Shown here one piece after another: positions 8,801-16,794 of a stretch of DNA of 25,228 bases; the first letter of the stretch is position 1, and the number at the start of each line of letters is the position of its first letter. The DNA lies in the IMG/VR virus record IMGVR_UViG_3300012665_001944, positions 1 to 25,228 of that record; one strand, given 5' to 3'. The stretch is from a virus (Duplodnaviria > Caudoviricetes). The translations under genes were made by a program, and so were the position numbers. The notes under the pieces were generated by a model, which was not told the DNA's origin, made no database searches, and saw only the letters and a program-made list of their open reading frames with translations.

Positions 8801-9718
8801 TAAAAGACCGTTGTAGTAATCTGTTTCAACTAAATCTGAATTGAAAGAACAGAATACTCCAGTCTTATCTGTATCTCTATTAAGTGTTGTTTCGATAAAA
8901 ATATTAGTGCCGTTAGCATCTCTAAAATATGGAATCAATGACAATCCTTCGTAATAAGCTAATAAAGTAACATTTCTATCATTAGCAAAATTTCTGATTT
9001 GTGTTTTAACAAGTCCAGAAGCGTTGAAGTATGCACTCCATCTATTGTCTATGGCTAAAGTTTGGTAATCTGACCAATCACCACCAACTACTATAACATC
9101 AACTAAATAGTCAGATGCCCAATCGTTAGCGTTAACATATGGTGGAAGTTTTTCTTGAGAACCATACCATTCGATTAAAGTTCTATCGAAACCAGTTCTT
9201 TGACTTTTCACTACAAATACTGTAACGTATCTGTCAGAAAGGTTAGTGATGCTGAAAGCTCTTTCAGTATAACCAGTATTACCTTTAGTTAAATTGATGA
9301 AAGATTCAGTATCTCTTTTCCAGAAACCTGTTGTGTCGAAAAATCTTCTATAAGCACCTAATCTCTCAATATCATTTGTATATCCAGATGATGCTGATAA
9401 TGATTTATACTCAATAGTATCCAATGTATCATCTGTACTTAGTAAGTTGATAGCGTATACCGGAGCTGTTTCCAACATTTTTTGTATAGTTCTGTGGAAA
9501 AACGAACCTTTTCTTTCTAATCCTCTGTCAAGTTGACCAAAGATAGACTCTAAGTCATTAACAGTAGTAACTCTAATAGGTGTGTTTACTGGTCCTTTCT
9601 TAGAAACACCAATAACCATATTAGTAATACCCTCAACCACTGGAGTAGATATGATTGAATTGTCAAATTCTTCTATGAAGATTCCTGGTCTTTTGTATTT
9701 TCCAATTTGAATTGCCAT
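5819..9718 (-). CDS. Contractile tail sheath protein (T4 gp18-like), enlarged
   Basis: N-terminal RPGIFIEEFD and GPVNTPIRVTT..DL..IFG; C-terminal AAGVTNG, MNPI, LHVREVLIELERE, FNTPDIR, DEENNTNEIIDN, YVEP. Confidence 0.93.
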   Translation of the reverse strand: MAIQIGKYKRPGIFIEEFDNSIISTPVVEGITNMVIGVSKKGPVNTPIRVTTVNDLESIFGQLDRGLERKGSFFHRTIQKMLETAPVYAINLLSTDDTLDTIEYKSLSASSGYTNDIERLGAYRRFFDTTGFWKRDTESFINLTKGNTGYTERAFSITNLSDRYVTVFVVKSQRTGFDRTLIEWYGSQEKLPPYVNANDWASDYLVDVIVVGGDWSDYQTLAIDNRWSAYFNASGLVKTQIRNFANDRNVTLLAYYEGLSLIPYFRDANGTNIFIETTLNRDTDKTGVFCSFNSDLVETDYYNGLLDLVGQTVAGVNETSIEFLSYKETIAESIEITAVPLDLPGNVTALLGGGSFSYTGQVDHAFGAVPSETGIITNLERTAWFAEGYTYEVTKGTLSTSTVSISVDYIGTSDGFAVIGGNKVPVSGTTSLVINSSDYSTSYATLSYVSTYVLDSTGSISLVNNPVGVAYGSTPTKPTVSASDIVLGYVNFDIKNGFIGTASIVSTDVNVNGSGFIDYQFGTASGKDYIISTQSAAGSIKVEFLDTNTAPSTANYIQYRRYKMFNALVNLIKGVNKDKATICLGPNNGYEKISLENITITNIVQTDTSNKSFILNTELTDSQLSDILKGYLVIYTTDNEFILGTDTVSTTSSISDGTDGVVAKYSKFYTQFYDGIINTGDYFYANKVPSSLITSGETMNVIFIDGETATSATSSYAGYNYVVFETTSNTNPSYGTFDQFIVPDSTLNTGSFTITNSANPATLANNLGYTSVVGAYYWAYEVTEEVAYEEVLNVSTIYDFLTKYYLKMYLNNDNTLEVSFLDEALTSTVTPALSTITSNTFFVQSAKSNFKQTVEIELPAGYVQVPNKILITGARYTEVKIGDYLAAYVDPTVVLEVGQVARKLTRILSKKQYAGDTSLVEVTCDSRIDKVYTGGAYQTTRYTTIDNYATTYKAISLKGFRIRQASLPDGTETRQNAILNLVAKGTPLFKAITNKEAIDFRYLIDSFGLGLTERSKQQLVDICGDRLDALGILNMPSMKSFKNSSSPTFVNAEGVLQLEYVSKGGDPESSPAFLYSFGDGAGSTSVGYFLPYLTVNDNGRPIEVPPAAWAATTYMRKHISNLSGVTPWTIAAGVTNGRITNIVSTEMDFTQTDIEWINQAQMNPIVFKRNRGNIIETENTAQTLYKSALSYLHVREVLIELERELSRMLLDFQWKFNTPDIRAEIKLRADVICETYVSKNGLYNYFNKMDEENNTNEIIDNQIGVLDTYVEPIKGMGIIVNNITILRTGAISAGGFING

Positions 9719-9780
9719 ATTTTTTAATATTTTTTTTTATGTTATGTAGTATATATAAAATGTAAAAAATGATATTTTTT

Positions 9781-10344
9781 CTATTTTGAACTCTCGGATG
9801 ATATCTTTTTAATATTATCCATCATATTTTTTTCTACATCTAACATTTTTTTATTTAGGCTTGCTTGTGCATCAGAAATTTCTTTAGTTAGTGATGCTAT
9901 TGAAGCTGTGTTTGTTGCTATTCTATTAGTTATATCACTGATTTTAGAACTAACAGCCTGTTTTGTACTAGAATCAGTAGATAATTTTAACTCTTCGCTA
10001 AAATCATCTTTTTTTAATTTATCATTAGTTATATCTTTTTGAGTTTTGTCAATTTTTCTTTTAAGACTTGCTACATGAAGATATTCAACTAAAAATGGAT
10101 TTCTATCGGTAGCTGGTAAAGCATCTGTTTTACCAACTATAGGCTCTAAAGCTTTCTGTAAATCAGCGTCTGTTTGAGCTTTTAGATAAGCAGCATCAAT
10201 TAAAGGCTTTTTAGCTTTATAATCAGCTAGGTTATTTTTTAGAGTTACTAGCTTTTCTTTAGCCATTTTAATATCTGGTTCATCTGTTATATTAACATCA
10301 AATTCAGATTCTAAAAAAAGTTTATATGTTTTTAGATTTTTCAT
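9781..10344 (-). CDS. Coiled-coil protein with CTS-like N-terminus (MKNLKTYKLFLESE); putative internal head protein
   Basis: Helical K/D/S-rich ORF abutting the upstream ORF at 10344; shared N-terminal motif. Confidence 0.7.
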   Translation of the reverse strand: MKNLKTYKLFLESEFDVNITDEPDIKMAKEKLVTLKNNLADYKAKKPLIDAAYLKAQTDADLQKALEPIVGKTDALPATDRNPFLVEYLHVASLKRKIDKTQKDITNDKLKKDDFSEELKLSTDSSTKQAVSSKISDITNRIATNTASIASLTKEISDAQASLNKKMLDVEKNMMDNIKKISSESSK

Positions 10345-12008
10345 TACTTTTTCTCCAATTTAGTTTTGGATATATTATCTGATCCAGAAACTGTCTTAAA
10401 TCCACCAACTGTAGAAATTCTATCACCTATTTTCTTATCTAATACAAATCTTGTTTTACCTTGAGCAGTCTCAACAGTCTTTGTATTCTCATATAATGTA
10501 TAACAGTTCACAATATTAATTTCCTCAGGTTTTTCTGATAATTTAGAAGGAGAATTTGCGTTATTTGACTTTCCATCAAATTTAGTTAAGTATGTTATTT
10601 CATAGTTTCCTTTTAACTTAAATACACCATCTTGACCTATTAAGTTTTCAATTTTCTTTTTAGTTGCTTTTATTTTAAAATCTGAAGAACTTTCATTACC
10701 TTCTTCATCTGTTGATTCATTTCCACTTTTAGTTTCTAAAAGAATTGCTCTTGGAAGATCACCTTGTGTTAATTTATTAGGAATTGCTGATTCTGTAATA
10801 TATCTTTGAAAAAACTTAAAAGATCTAGAGTAAGTTAAATAAGCAACATCACCAACAACCTCTTGTATGAAAAAGTAAATAACACTTTTATTAGTTGATA
10901 CTGCAAAGAATGTTTTTGCTAGATCTTCATTTTTTTCAAATTTAATAGGATCCTTTGTGAAAAGTAAGTTTTTAGCACCTGGTATAGCCTCGGCAATCTT
11001 TGAGTTACTTTCTTGTTCTTCTGCGCCTCCAAAGTTTGTTTTATTTGGATCATCTTCTTTATAACCAAAATATTTGTCTAAGAATTTAGCTTGTAATCCT
11101 TTTGTATCTTTACCAGTTTTATAAAGTTCGTCACCATCAAGCATATCTGTCATAAATTTACGAAGATTTGCTCCAGCTTTTTCTATTAAATCATTACCAA
11201 CTTTTAATTTTGTACCTATGTTGAAGATTGGTTGATATTTTTTATCTCTTTGTATGTCTAATACGGTATCTTCCCATTGGTTAAAGATAGCGTTATTTCT
11301 ATATGGACCTCCACTTTTTCCAGCAGTACTTGGATCACCTGATCCAAAACTAGTATATTCCATGAATGTCTTGTTAGAAACTTTACCACCGCTTCTTCCT
11401 GATGGAATTACTTGAGTTGTGTGTATTTTATAAGCTCTATTAAAACATTTAACAATATCTAAAACAGGATCAATTCCATTTATCACAATAGAATCTTTCC
11501 TTTCTTTTTCAATTTTGTCAAATTTTTCTTTCATTTTAATAACCTCTGTTTTCTCCATCACAAAAGCCTTAATATCTATCTTTTTGTCCCAATAGTCTTT
11601 AATCTTTTGAGATGTAGTCATTACATCAGGAGCACCAACTTTTGATTCTTCATTATCCTCTTCAGCTTCTTTAATTAAAGAAATGAATTTATCATATTTA
11701 AATAAAGAAGATTCTTTTTTAACTTCTTCTTTAGGTTTTTCTTCAGTTTTAACTTCTGGTTTTTTCTCAACAGCTTTCATAGTCATTGTAGATTTTATTC
11801 CTTCTACAAATCCTTGTAATCCTTTACCTGTTTCTCCTAGACCACCATATAATCCTTCTTTGTCAAATTGTAAAGCAGTTTTAGCAAATCTTGCTATTTT
11901 CTCAGCAACAACAATTTTCTTATTCTTGTCTGAGATTATTTCCATACTTTCTTTGTATAAAGGAGCAGTAGAGGCATTTAATGTTTCTTTTTTATCACCA
12001 ACTAAATA
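10344..12008 (-). CDS. C-terminal part of a large hypothetical virion/internal protein (track ORF 10344..11945; frame open back to 12008)
   Basis: Frame reads YLVGDKKETLNASTAPLYKES before the track Met and overlaps the end of the upstream ORF; internal CTS-like segment ESSLFKYDKFISLIKE. Confidence 0.65.
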   Translation of the reverse strand, partial: YLVGDKKETLNASTAPLYKESMEIISDKNKKIVVAEKIARFAKTALQFDKEGLYGGLGETGKGLQGFVEGIKSTMTMKAVEKKPEVKTEEKPKEEVKKESSLFKYDKFISLIKEAEEDNEESKVGAPDVMTTSQKIKDYWDKKIDIKAFVMEKTEVIKMKEKFDKIEKERKDSIVINGIDPVLDIVKCFNRAYKIHTTQVIPSGRSGGKVSNKTFMEYTSFGSGDPSTAGKSGGPYRNNAIFNQWEDTVLDIQRDKKYQPIFNIGTKLKVGNDLIEKAGANLRKFMTDMLDGDELYKTGKDTKGLQAKFLDKYFGYKEDDPNKTNFGGAEEQESNSKIAEAIPGAKNLLFTKDPIKFEKNEDLAKTFFAVSTNKSVIYFFIQEVVGDVAYLTYSRSFKFFQRYITESAIPNKLTQGDLPRAILLETKSGNESTDEEGNESSSDFKIKATKKKIENLIGQDGVFKLKGNYEITYLTKFDGKSNNANSPSKLSEKPEEINIVNCYTLYENTKTVETAQGKTRFVLDKKIGDRISTVGGFKTVSGSDNISKTKLEKK

Positions 12009-13102
12009 TCATCTAGTGATTTTGATGTTATATCATTTAAGAATTTAACATCTACACCAACACCTTTATCTTTTGGTGATTCTAATACTTCAATAGCTTT
12101 CTTTAGTTTAGTAAAAGCTTGAGTTAAGTGGTCTTCACCACCTTTGATGTTTGCTCTATCCGGGCTACCGCCTTCACCAAGTGCTTCAAATATAGAACTT
12201 TCCATAACAAGAACTAAACCAGCAGGCATTGTTTGATTATCCTTTGGATATTTTGCCAAAACTTGAGTATTTTTAGTTCTAATGTCAGTTGCTGCTATTT
12301 TTTTAGGATTGGCTTTAACATTTTTTTGAATTTTTTCAATAGTATCTCCAGCAACTGTTGTGTATGTTACTTTAGTTTTTGTTGATGTTGATACATTTTT
12401 ATCAGATGTAATCTTAACTTCTTTGTAATGTGTTAATGTATAAGACAATGATTTTAATGTTTTAACCATAGTAGGATACATGGATTCTGAAGAATTTGAA
12501 TCTTCTCCTTCACTCTCTCCTTCTTTATCACCTTCTTCACCATCTTTATTCTCTCCTTCGCCTTCTTCTTTATCAGCATCTGCTTCGGACTTCCCACCTT
12601 CATCATCCTTAAATTGTTCTAAGAATTTTAAAAATTCTTCTAATTGACTTATTAAACTATCTTTATTTTCAAAGTCTTCAAAACTTTTAATATCTGAAAT
12701 TGCTGCTTTTGTTAGGTTTCTAATATCACCTACGCTAGCTTCTTCCTCTACAGCTTTTTGTAAACTATCAAGAAAAGAAAAAACAGTAAGTCTTTTGAAT
12801 TCTTTTTTATCCTCTTCTGATAATTCAGCTTCAGCTGAACCTCCTAAGAGGTCATCAAACGCATATCTTAGTCTTTTAGCTACACCTTTTATTCTAACAA
12901 GATTAGCACCAACCTTTGCTTTTCTAATAGTAGAGTTTATTAATCTACCTAGTAAAGAGTCACCCCAAGGTATATCATTAGCAAATGGACCGCTATTTTC
13001 AACATCTTCATTTATTTTAACTAAACCTTCGTAAGATTTGTATTCGTCTATTTTTTTTATGCTTCTTTTAAGGAAATCTTCTCTATTATTAAGATACTTC
13101 AT
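12002..13102 (-). CDS. N-terminal part of a large hypothetical protein with an acidic linker and a LysM-like domain
   Basis: YTTVAGDTIEKI...IRTKN...MPAGLVLVM (about 12203-12364) fits the LysM pattern; E/G/D-rich linker; TAATATATA upstream. Confidence 0.7.
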   Translation of the reverse strand: MKYLNNREDFLKRSIKKIDEYKSYEGLVKINEDVENSGPFANDIPWGDSLLGRLINSTIRKAKVGANLVRIKGVAKRLRYAFDDLLGGSAEAELSEEDKKEFKRLTVFSFLDSLQKAVEEEASVGDIRNLTKAAISDIKSFEDFENKDSLISQLEEFLKFLEQFKDDEGGKSEADADKEEGEGENKDGEEGDKEGESEGEDSNSSESMYPTMVKTLKSLSYTLTHYKEVKITSDKNVSTSTKTKVTYTTVAGDTIEKIQKNVKANPKKIAATDIRTKNTQVLAKYPKDNQTMPAGLVLVMESSIFEALGEGGSPDRANIKGGEDHLTQAFTKLKKAIEVLESPKDKGVGVDVKFLNDITSKSLDDI

Positions 13103-13152
13103 AAATTAATGTAATTTTTTCAACATATATATTAAAAACCTTTTATTGAAAA

Positions 13153-13184
13153 TTAGTTAAAATGAATAATTATGCTTATCTTTG
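13153..13184 (+). promoter_or_regulatory. Bacteroidota-type housekeeping promoter (upstream copy)
   Basis: TTAG(13153-56)-N20-TATCTTTG(13177-84) versus consensus TTTG-N19-21-TAnnTTTG. Confidence 0.55.
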
Positions 13185-13227
13185 TTTAAGATAAGAGGTA
13201 AGATAAACAAAAAAATAATAAATAAAA

Positions 13228-13258
13228 TTTGTAAAATCAGAAATTATCCTTATATTTG
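13228..13258 (+). promoter_or_regulatory. Bacteroidota-type housekeeping promoter (consensus match)
   Basis: TTTG(13228-31)-N19-TATATTTG(13251-58), ending 31 nt before the ATG at 13290. Confidence 0.75.
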
Positions 13259-13289
13259 TATAACAAAATAACCACTAATAGAAAACAAT

Positions 13290-13935
13290 ATGAAATTCGA
13301 TATCAACAAAGTAATCTGTATCAGCTTAAAATCTCACAACGAGCAACAATTGAAAGCTATCTCTGAAGTTTACAAATTAGACTTTGATGGTTTAGTTGAT
13401 AGTAAAAACATTTCTTCTAAAATATGGGTTGAAATCGGTGGTGAATATGCTATTGCTTTTGTTACTAACTCTGGTAGTGGTGGATATCAACAAAGTAATC
13501 TGTATCAGCTTAAAGTCACACAACGACCAACAATTGAAAGCTATTTCTGAAGTTTATAAATTAGATTTCAATGCTTTGATTACTATCAAAGATTGTTCAT
13601 CTAAAATCTGGGTTGAGGCAGGTGGTGATTATGTTATTGCTTTTGTTACTGTTGATAATAATGTTCCTCAAGTTAGTGAGTATTTTTGTCCAATCACAAA
13701 AAGAGAAAAAGACGCTTTGTTAAAAATTCAACCAATCAAAACTCCAAAAATGCCAAAAGCACCAAGAGTTGATGTTAAAGTTGAAAACACTGTTGAAGTT
13801 TCAAATGTTACTATCGATGATTTAATCGCTGAATTTGATGTAGTATTAGATGTAGACACTATCTTAGAAAAAATCAGTGATACTGGTATGAAGTCTTTAA
13901 CTAAAGCGGAATTAGACTTTTTGAACAACTTATAA
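13290..13935 (+). CDS. Hypothetical protein with a C-terminal DUF6576-like domain, interrupted by a 184-nt diverged duplication
   Basis: Ends LDVDTILEKISDTGMKSLTKAELDFLNNL; removing one 184-nt copy gives a single 153-aa ORF. Confidence 0.7.
13299..13650 (+). repeat. Diverged tandem duplication, period 184 nt
   Basis: Copies start at 13299 and 13483 with an identical 32-mer (gatatcaacaaagtaatctgtatcagcttaaa); 45 of 56 encoded residues identical. Confidence 0.95.
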
Positions 13936-13968
13936 TAAATTAAAATAACCTATTTTTTCCTACTTCTT

Positions 13969-13998
13969 AAAAAACCGGGCGTATTGCTCGGTTTTTTT
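13969..13998 (+). terminator. Intrinsic terminator
   Basis: AAAAAACCGGGC-gtatt-GCTCGGTTTTTTT. Confidence 0.8.
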
Positions 13999-14109
13999 AT
14001 TTTAAAATATATTTTTTTAATCGACCTTTGAAATCTTTTCAAAATCCACGATTGAGTTTTTGATGAGAAAAAATTAGAATATATAAGACATACAAATTCA
14101 TATTTTATT

Positions 14110-14403
14110 ATGAGATATTCAGAACTAACATATCACGACAAAGTTTACACTAATGTAAATGAGATCGATGATATACTAACAAAAGAGAGATTCTTTTGGC
14201 TTATTGATTCCGAAATTGAGAATGCTCAATTGGAAATAAAAAACAACACACTTATATGGAAAAATGGTAGTTTCTATACAGGAGACTGGTACTATGGTAT
14301 TTTTAAAGATGGTAGCTTCTATGGAAACTGGGAAAATGGTATATGGGAAAACGGCAATTTCGAAGGTAAATGGCGCAGTGGTATTAATCTTACACAGATA
14401 TAA
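14110..14403 (+). CDS. Hypothetical protein with (W/F)xxGx short repeats
   Basis: WKNGS FYTGD WYYGI FKDGS FYGN WENGI WENGN FEGK WRSG. Confidence 0.75.
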   Translation: MRYSELTYHDKVYTNVNEIDDILTKERFFWLIDSEIENAQLEIKNNTLIWKNGSFYTGDWYYGIFKDGSFYGNWENGIWENGNFEGKWRSGINLTQI

Positions 14404-14421
14404 AAATTAACACAAATTACT

Positions 14422-14880
14422 ATGAAGAGAAAAAGAATTACTCTTGAACAAAAACAAGAGAAGGAAATTTTGAATCAAAGAGAGTTAAGGGTAACCAAAG
14501 AAGGAAATGAATTCTTCTTTGAAATCGGATCAGAAATGACTTCAGATTTAGCCGAAGCGGTTTCAATTTTAATGAGAACAATCGACTGGAATGACCCTAT
14601 TTGGAATACGACAATTGATAAAAAAATGATTTACGAGAATATAGCTCCAGAAAAATCGTTATATTGGTTATCGGGTGGATATAAAGAATGGAAATCATTA
14701 GAACATTATAATAGACCTTGGTGTGACTGTTATCTTGAATTTCAAGAAGAGTTTGGTTTTTTGATACTAAATATAATTAAAAAATCAAAAACTTTACTAG
14801 ATGTGAGAAATTCATTTATGAAATACTTAAATTTACCAACATTATATAATTTTGCAATAAGTAAGAATATGGTAAGATAA
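14422..14880 (+). CDS. Hypothetical protein
   Basis: 152-aa ORF following the previous gene and followed by a terminator. Confidence 0.7.
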   Translation: MKRKRITLEQKQEKEILNQRELRVTKEGNEFFFEIGSEMTSDLAEAVSILMRTIDWNDPIWNTTIDKKMIYENIAPEKSLYWLSGGYKEWKSLEHYNRPWCDCYLEFQEEFGFLILNIIKKSKTLLDVRNSFMKYLNLPTLYNFAISKNMVR

Positions 14881-14898
14881 ATAAAATAAAAATTAAAT

Positions 14899-14929
14899 AA
14901 ATCCTGTCAGAAATGATGGGATTTTTTTT
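14899..14929 (+). terminator. Intrinsic terminator
   Basis: AAATCCTGTCA-GAAA-TGATGGGATTTTTTTT (with G-U pairs). Confidence 0.75.
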
Positions 14930-14965
14930 GCTACAAATATAAAGTGAGTTTTTAATATATACATT

Positions 14966-15253
14966 ATGAATCAAATGAAAGCATTGTGTAAAAACCCTTG
15001 GTGTAAAGCGCATTTCTATTATACAGAGAAAGATATGATTGTTATAGAACCTGATATTAGAAAATCTAAAATAGATTCTATTTTAGATGAGTCAGAAATT
15101 GAAAAGATACCACCTAGAGTTTGTTTTAAATGTAAAAGTTTTGACTCAGAATTAAGTGATGGTGTTAGTTGGGAAAATAAAGAGTATGAAGGTAAAAGAT
15201 TTGATGGTACTCCACATCAACTAAAATATAAAGTAACAAATTATAAACTATAA
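14966..15253 (+). CDS. Small putative Zn-binding protein
   Basis: CKNPWC ... CFKC; TAATATATA ends 4 nt before the ATG. Confidence 0.7.
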   Translation: MNQMKALCKNPWCKAHFYYTEKDMIVIEPDIRKSKIDSILDESEIEKIPPRVCFKCKSFDSELSDGVSWENKEYEGKRFDGTPHQLKYKVTNYKL

Positions 15254-16101
15254 TGAAAGCACATTTTTTTGACATAGATACTATATTAGTGACTAATAAT
15301 AAGGTTTGGATAGTTGATAAGACTAGACCTAATCTACCTATTATGAAAATATCACAATCAGATTTTAATTTGATTAAGAATGGTGTCTATAGAAATCAGG
15401 GAAATAGTTTAGATTTTGGAGGTCATACTTATTGGATTCCAACTGAGTTGTTTGAGAAGTTAAAAATTAAAGCTAAGAATTATAAAGCTGATATTTCTAA
15501 TATTGCCTTTTCAATGCAAGAGTTCATGAATAAAGAATTAATTGAGAATCTTGATTATGATATTAATATAGAAAATATCTTACACTTAAAGAACACAGAT
15601 GATGATATTTACTTTATTTGTTCTAAAAACACTAAAAGTAATTATGAGTTAATGATTTCTAAAATAGAAGATAAATTAAAAGATAATGGCTTAGTTATTA
15701 AGAAATTTTATTTTATATCCGAGACCTTCTATAATCGAAAATCAGACGACATTTCTCACAAGAAGGTTAGATTACTTCTACAACATTTAATAGGTCTTAA
15801 AACAGAAGGTGATAAGTTTACAGACGAAAAACTGGAACAATATAGCGAGTTATTCTTTTATGATGACGAAGAGAATGTTATAAAATTGGCAAAAGAATCT
15901 AATAAAGTCTTAACAGTTATATTGTCAAATACAGATAAATCAATAAAAGGTATTATTAAAGATGAATTAAAGTCTGTACCAAGAACTTTATATGTTAATC
16001 ATGTAACTAGTAATAAAGTAAATAGGCTTATAACTACTAAAGTAGATATTCAATTTAGTAACTTAATAACAGTATTTGAAAGTTTTAAGAGTAGAATTTA
16101 A
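15253..16101 (+). CDS. HAD-superfamily-like protein
   Basis: N-terminal FFDIDTILV (DxD), ICSK, and FFYDDEE (motif IV-like); C-terminus ITVFESFKSRI. Confidence 0.55.
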   Translation: MKAHFFDIDTILVTNNKVWIVDKTRPNLPIMKISQSDFNLIKNGVYRNQGNSLDFGGHTYWIPTELFEKLKIKAKNYKADISNIAFSMQEFMNKELIENLDYDINIENILHLKNTDDDIYFICSKNTKSNYELMISKIEDKLKDNGLVIKKFYFISETFYNRKSDDISHKKVRLLLQHLIGLKTEGDKFTDEKLEQYSELFFYDDEENVIKLAKESNKVLTVILSNTDKSIKGIIKDELKSVPRTLYVNHVTSNKVNRLITTKVDIQFSNLITVFESFKSRI

Positions 16102-16745
16102 TCTTTCTTTCTATCAACATCCTTACTAATCATAGCATTCTTAATTAAATCATTAAGCTTTCTATTATCCATTATTTCTCCACCACCTACAGAATCACCG
16201 GCTGATTCTTCGGCGGCTGTGTTTTGAGCTTTAATAACTTCAGGATTTTCAATCTCATTAAGACCTAAATCTTTTCTTAGTCCTTTATAGAATTTTTCAA
16301 GTTCAGTTCTTTGTGTAGATGAGAATTTAGAGTTTTCTCTAATTTGACCAATTGTTTGATTGACAACTTCGTGCATTCTAGCAGAGTTATCACCATTATC
16401 AACTTGTCTTAGTTGTGATAAGAAGTTTTTTCTAGTCATTTTTGATAAGAAGATTGTTTCCGCATAAACTTTAGCATCTTCTCTCATTTTATTTCTAATA
16501 TAAGGATGTTCTTTTAATTGAGGTACGTCACTTAAATATAAATCAATAAGTGATTCTAATACTTCCATAGACTGCTGACTGGCAACTGTCATATCTGAGT
16601 CATAATCATAAATTTCTATTTCGCCTAAATCTGGTAGATCTTCGGGTCTAGCAAGATGTTTACTTATATCGAATTCGCCACTCTCCGACTGGATTTCATC
16701 GAATTCATCTTTGATTCTATTTCTTTCATTCTCTGTTTTTGACAT
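16098..16745 (-). CDS. Putative terminase small subunit (T4 gp16-like)
   Basis: Helical 215-aa ORF head-to-head with the large terminase; DNSARMHEVVNQTI resembles the gp16-family PRxxEV motif. Confidence 0.5.
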   Translation of the reverse strand: MSKTENERNRIKDEFDEIQSESGEFDISKHLARPEDLPDLGEIEIYDYDSDMTVASQQSMEVLESLIDLYLSDVPQLKEHPYIRNKMREDAKVYAETIFLSKMTRKNFLSQLRQVDNGDNSARMHEVVNQTIGQIRENSKFSSTQRTELEKFYKGLRKDLGLNEIENPEVIKAQNTAAEESAGDSVGGGEIMDNRKLNDLIKNAMISKDVDRKKD

Positions 16746-16762
16746 AGAAGGTGGTTTTTTAC

Positions 16763-16773
16763 AATATATATTA
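16763..16773. promoter_or_regulatory. Palindromic, probably bidirectional late-type promoter (AATATATATT)
   Basis: Perfect 10-bp palindrome in the 49-nt gap between divergent genes; gives AATATATA on both strands. Confidence 0.55.
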
Positions 16774-16794
16774 AAAAGTATCTTTTCCTAAAAT

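Noticed and set aside
11945-12010. Stop-codon reassignment (TAG read-through) joining the two large ORFs
   Set aside because: The ORFs are in different frames, read-through meets TAA seven codons later, and all conserved genes read intact in the standard code
13396-13482. Hydrophobic N-terminus MLLLLLLTLVVV of track ORF 13396..13935 as a signal peptide
   Set aside because: It is the out-of-frame reading of the first duplicated copy
13299-13650. Diversity-generating retroelement template/variable repeat pair
   Set aside because: Differences are not adenine-specific (many C/T third-position changes) and no reverse transcriptase is present in the window
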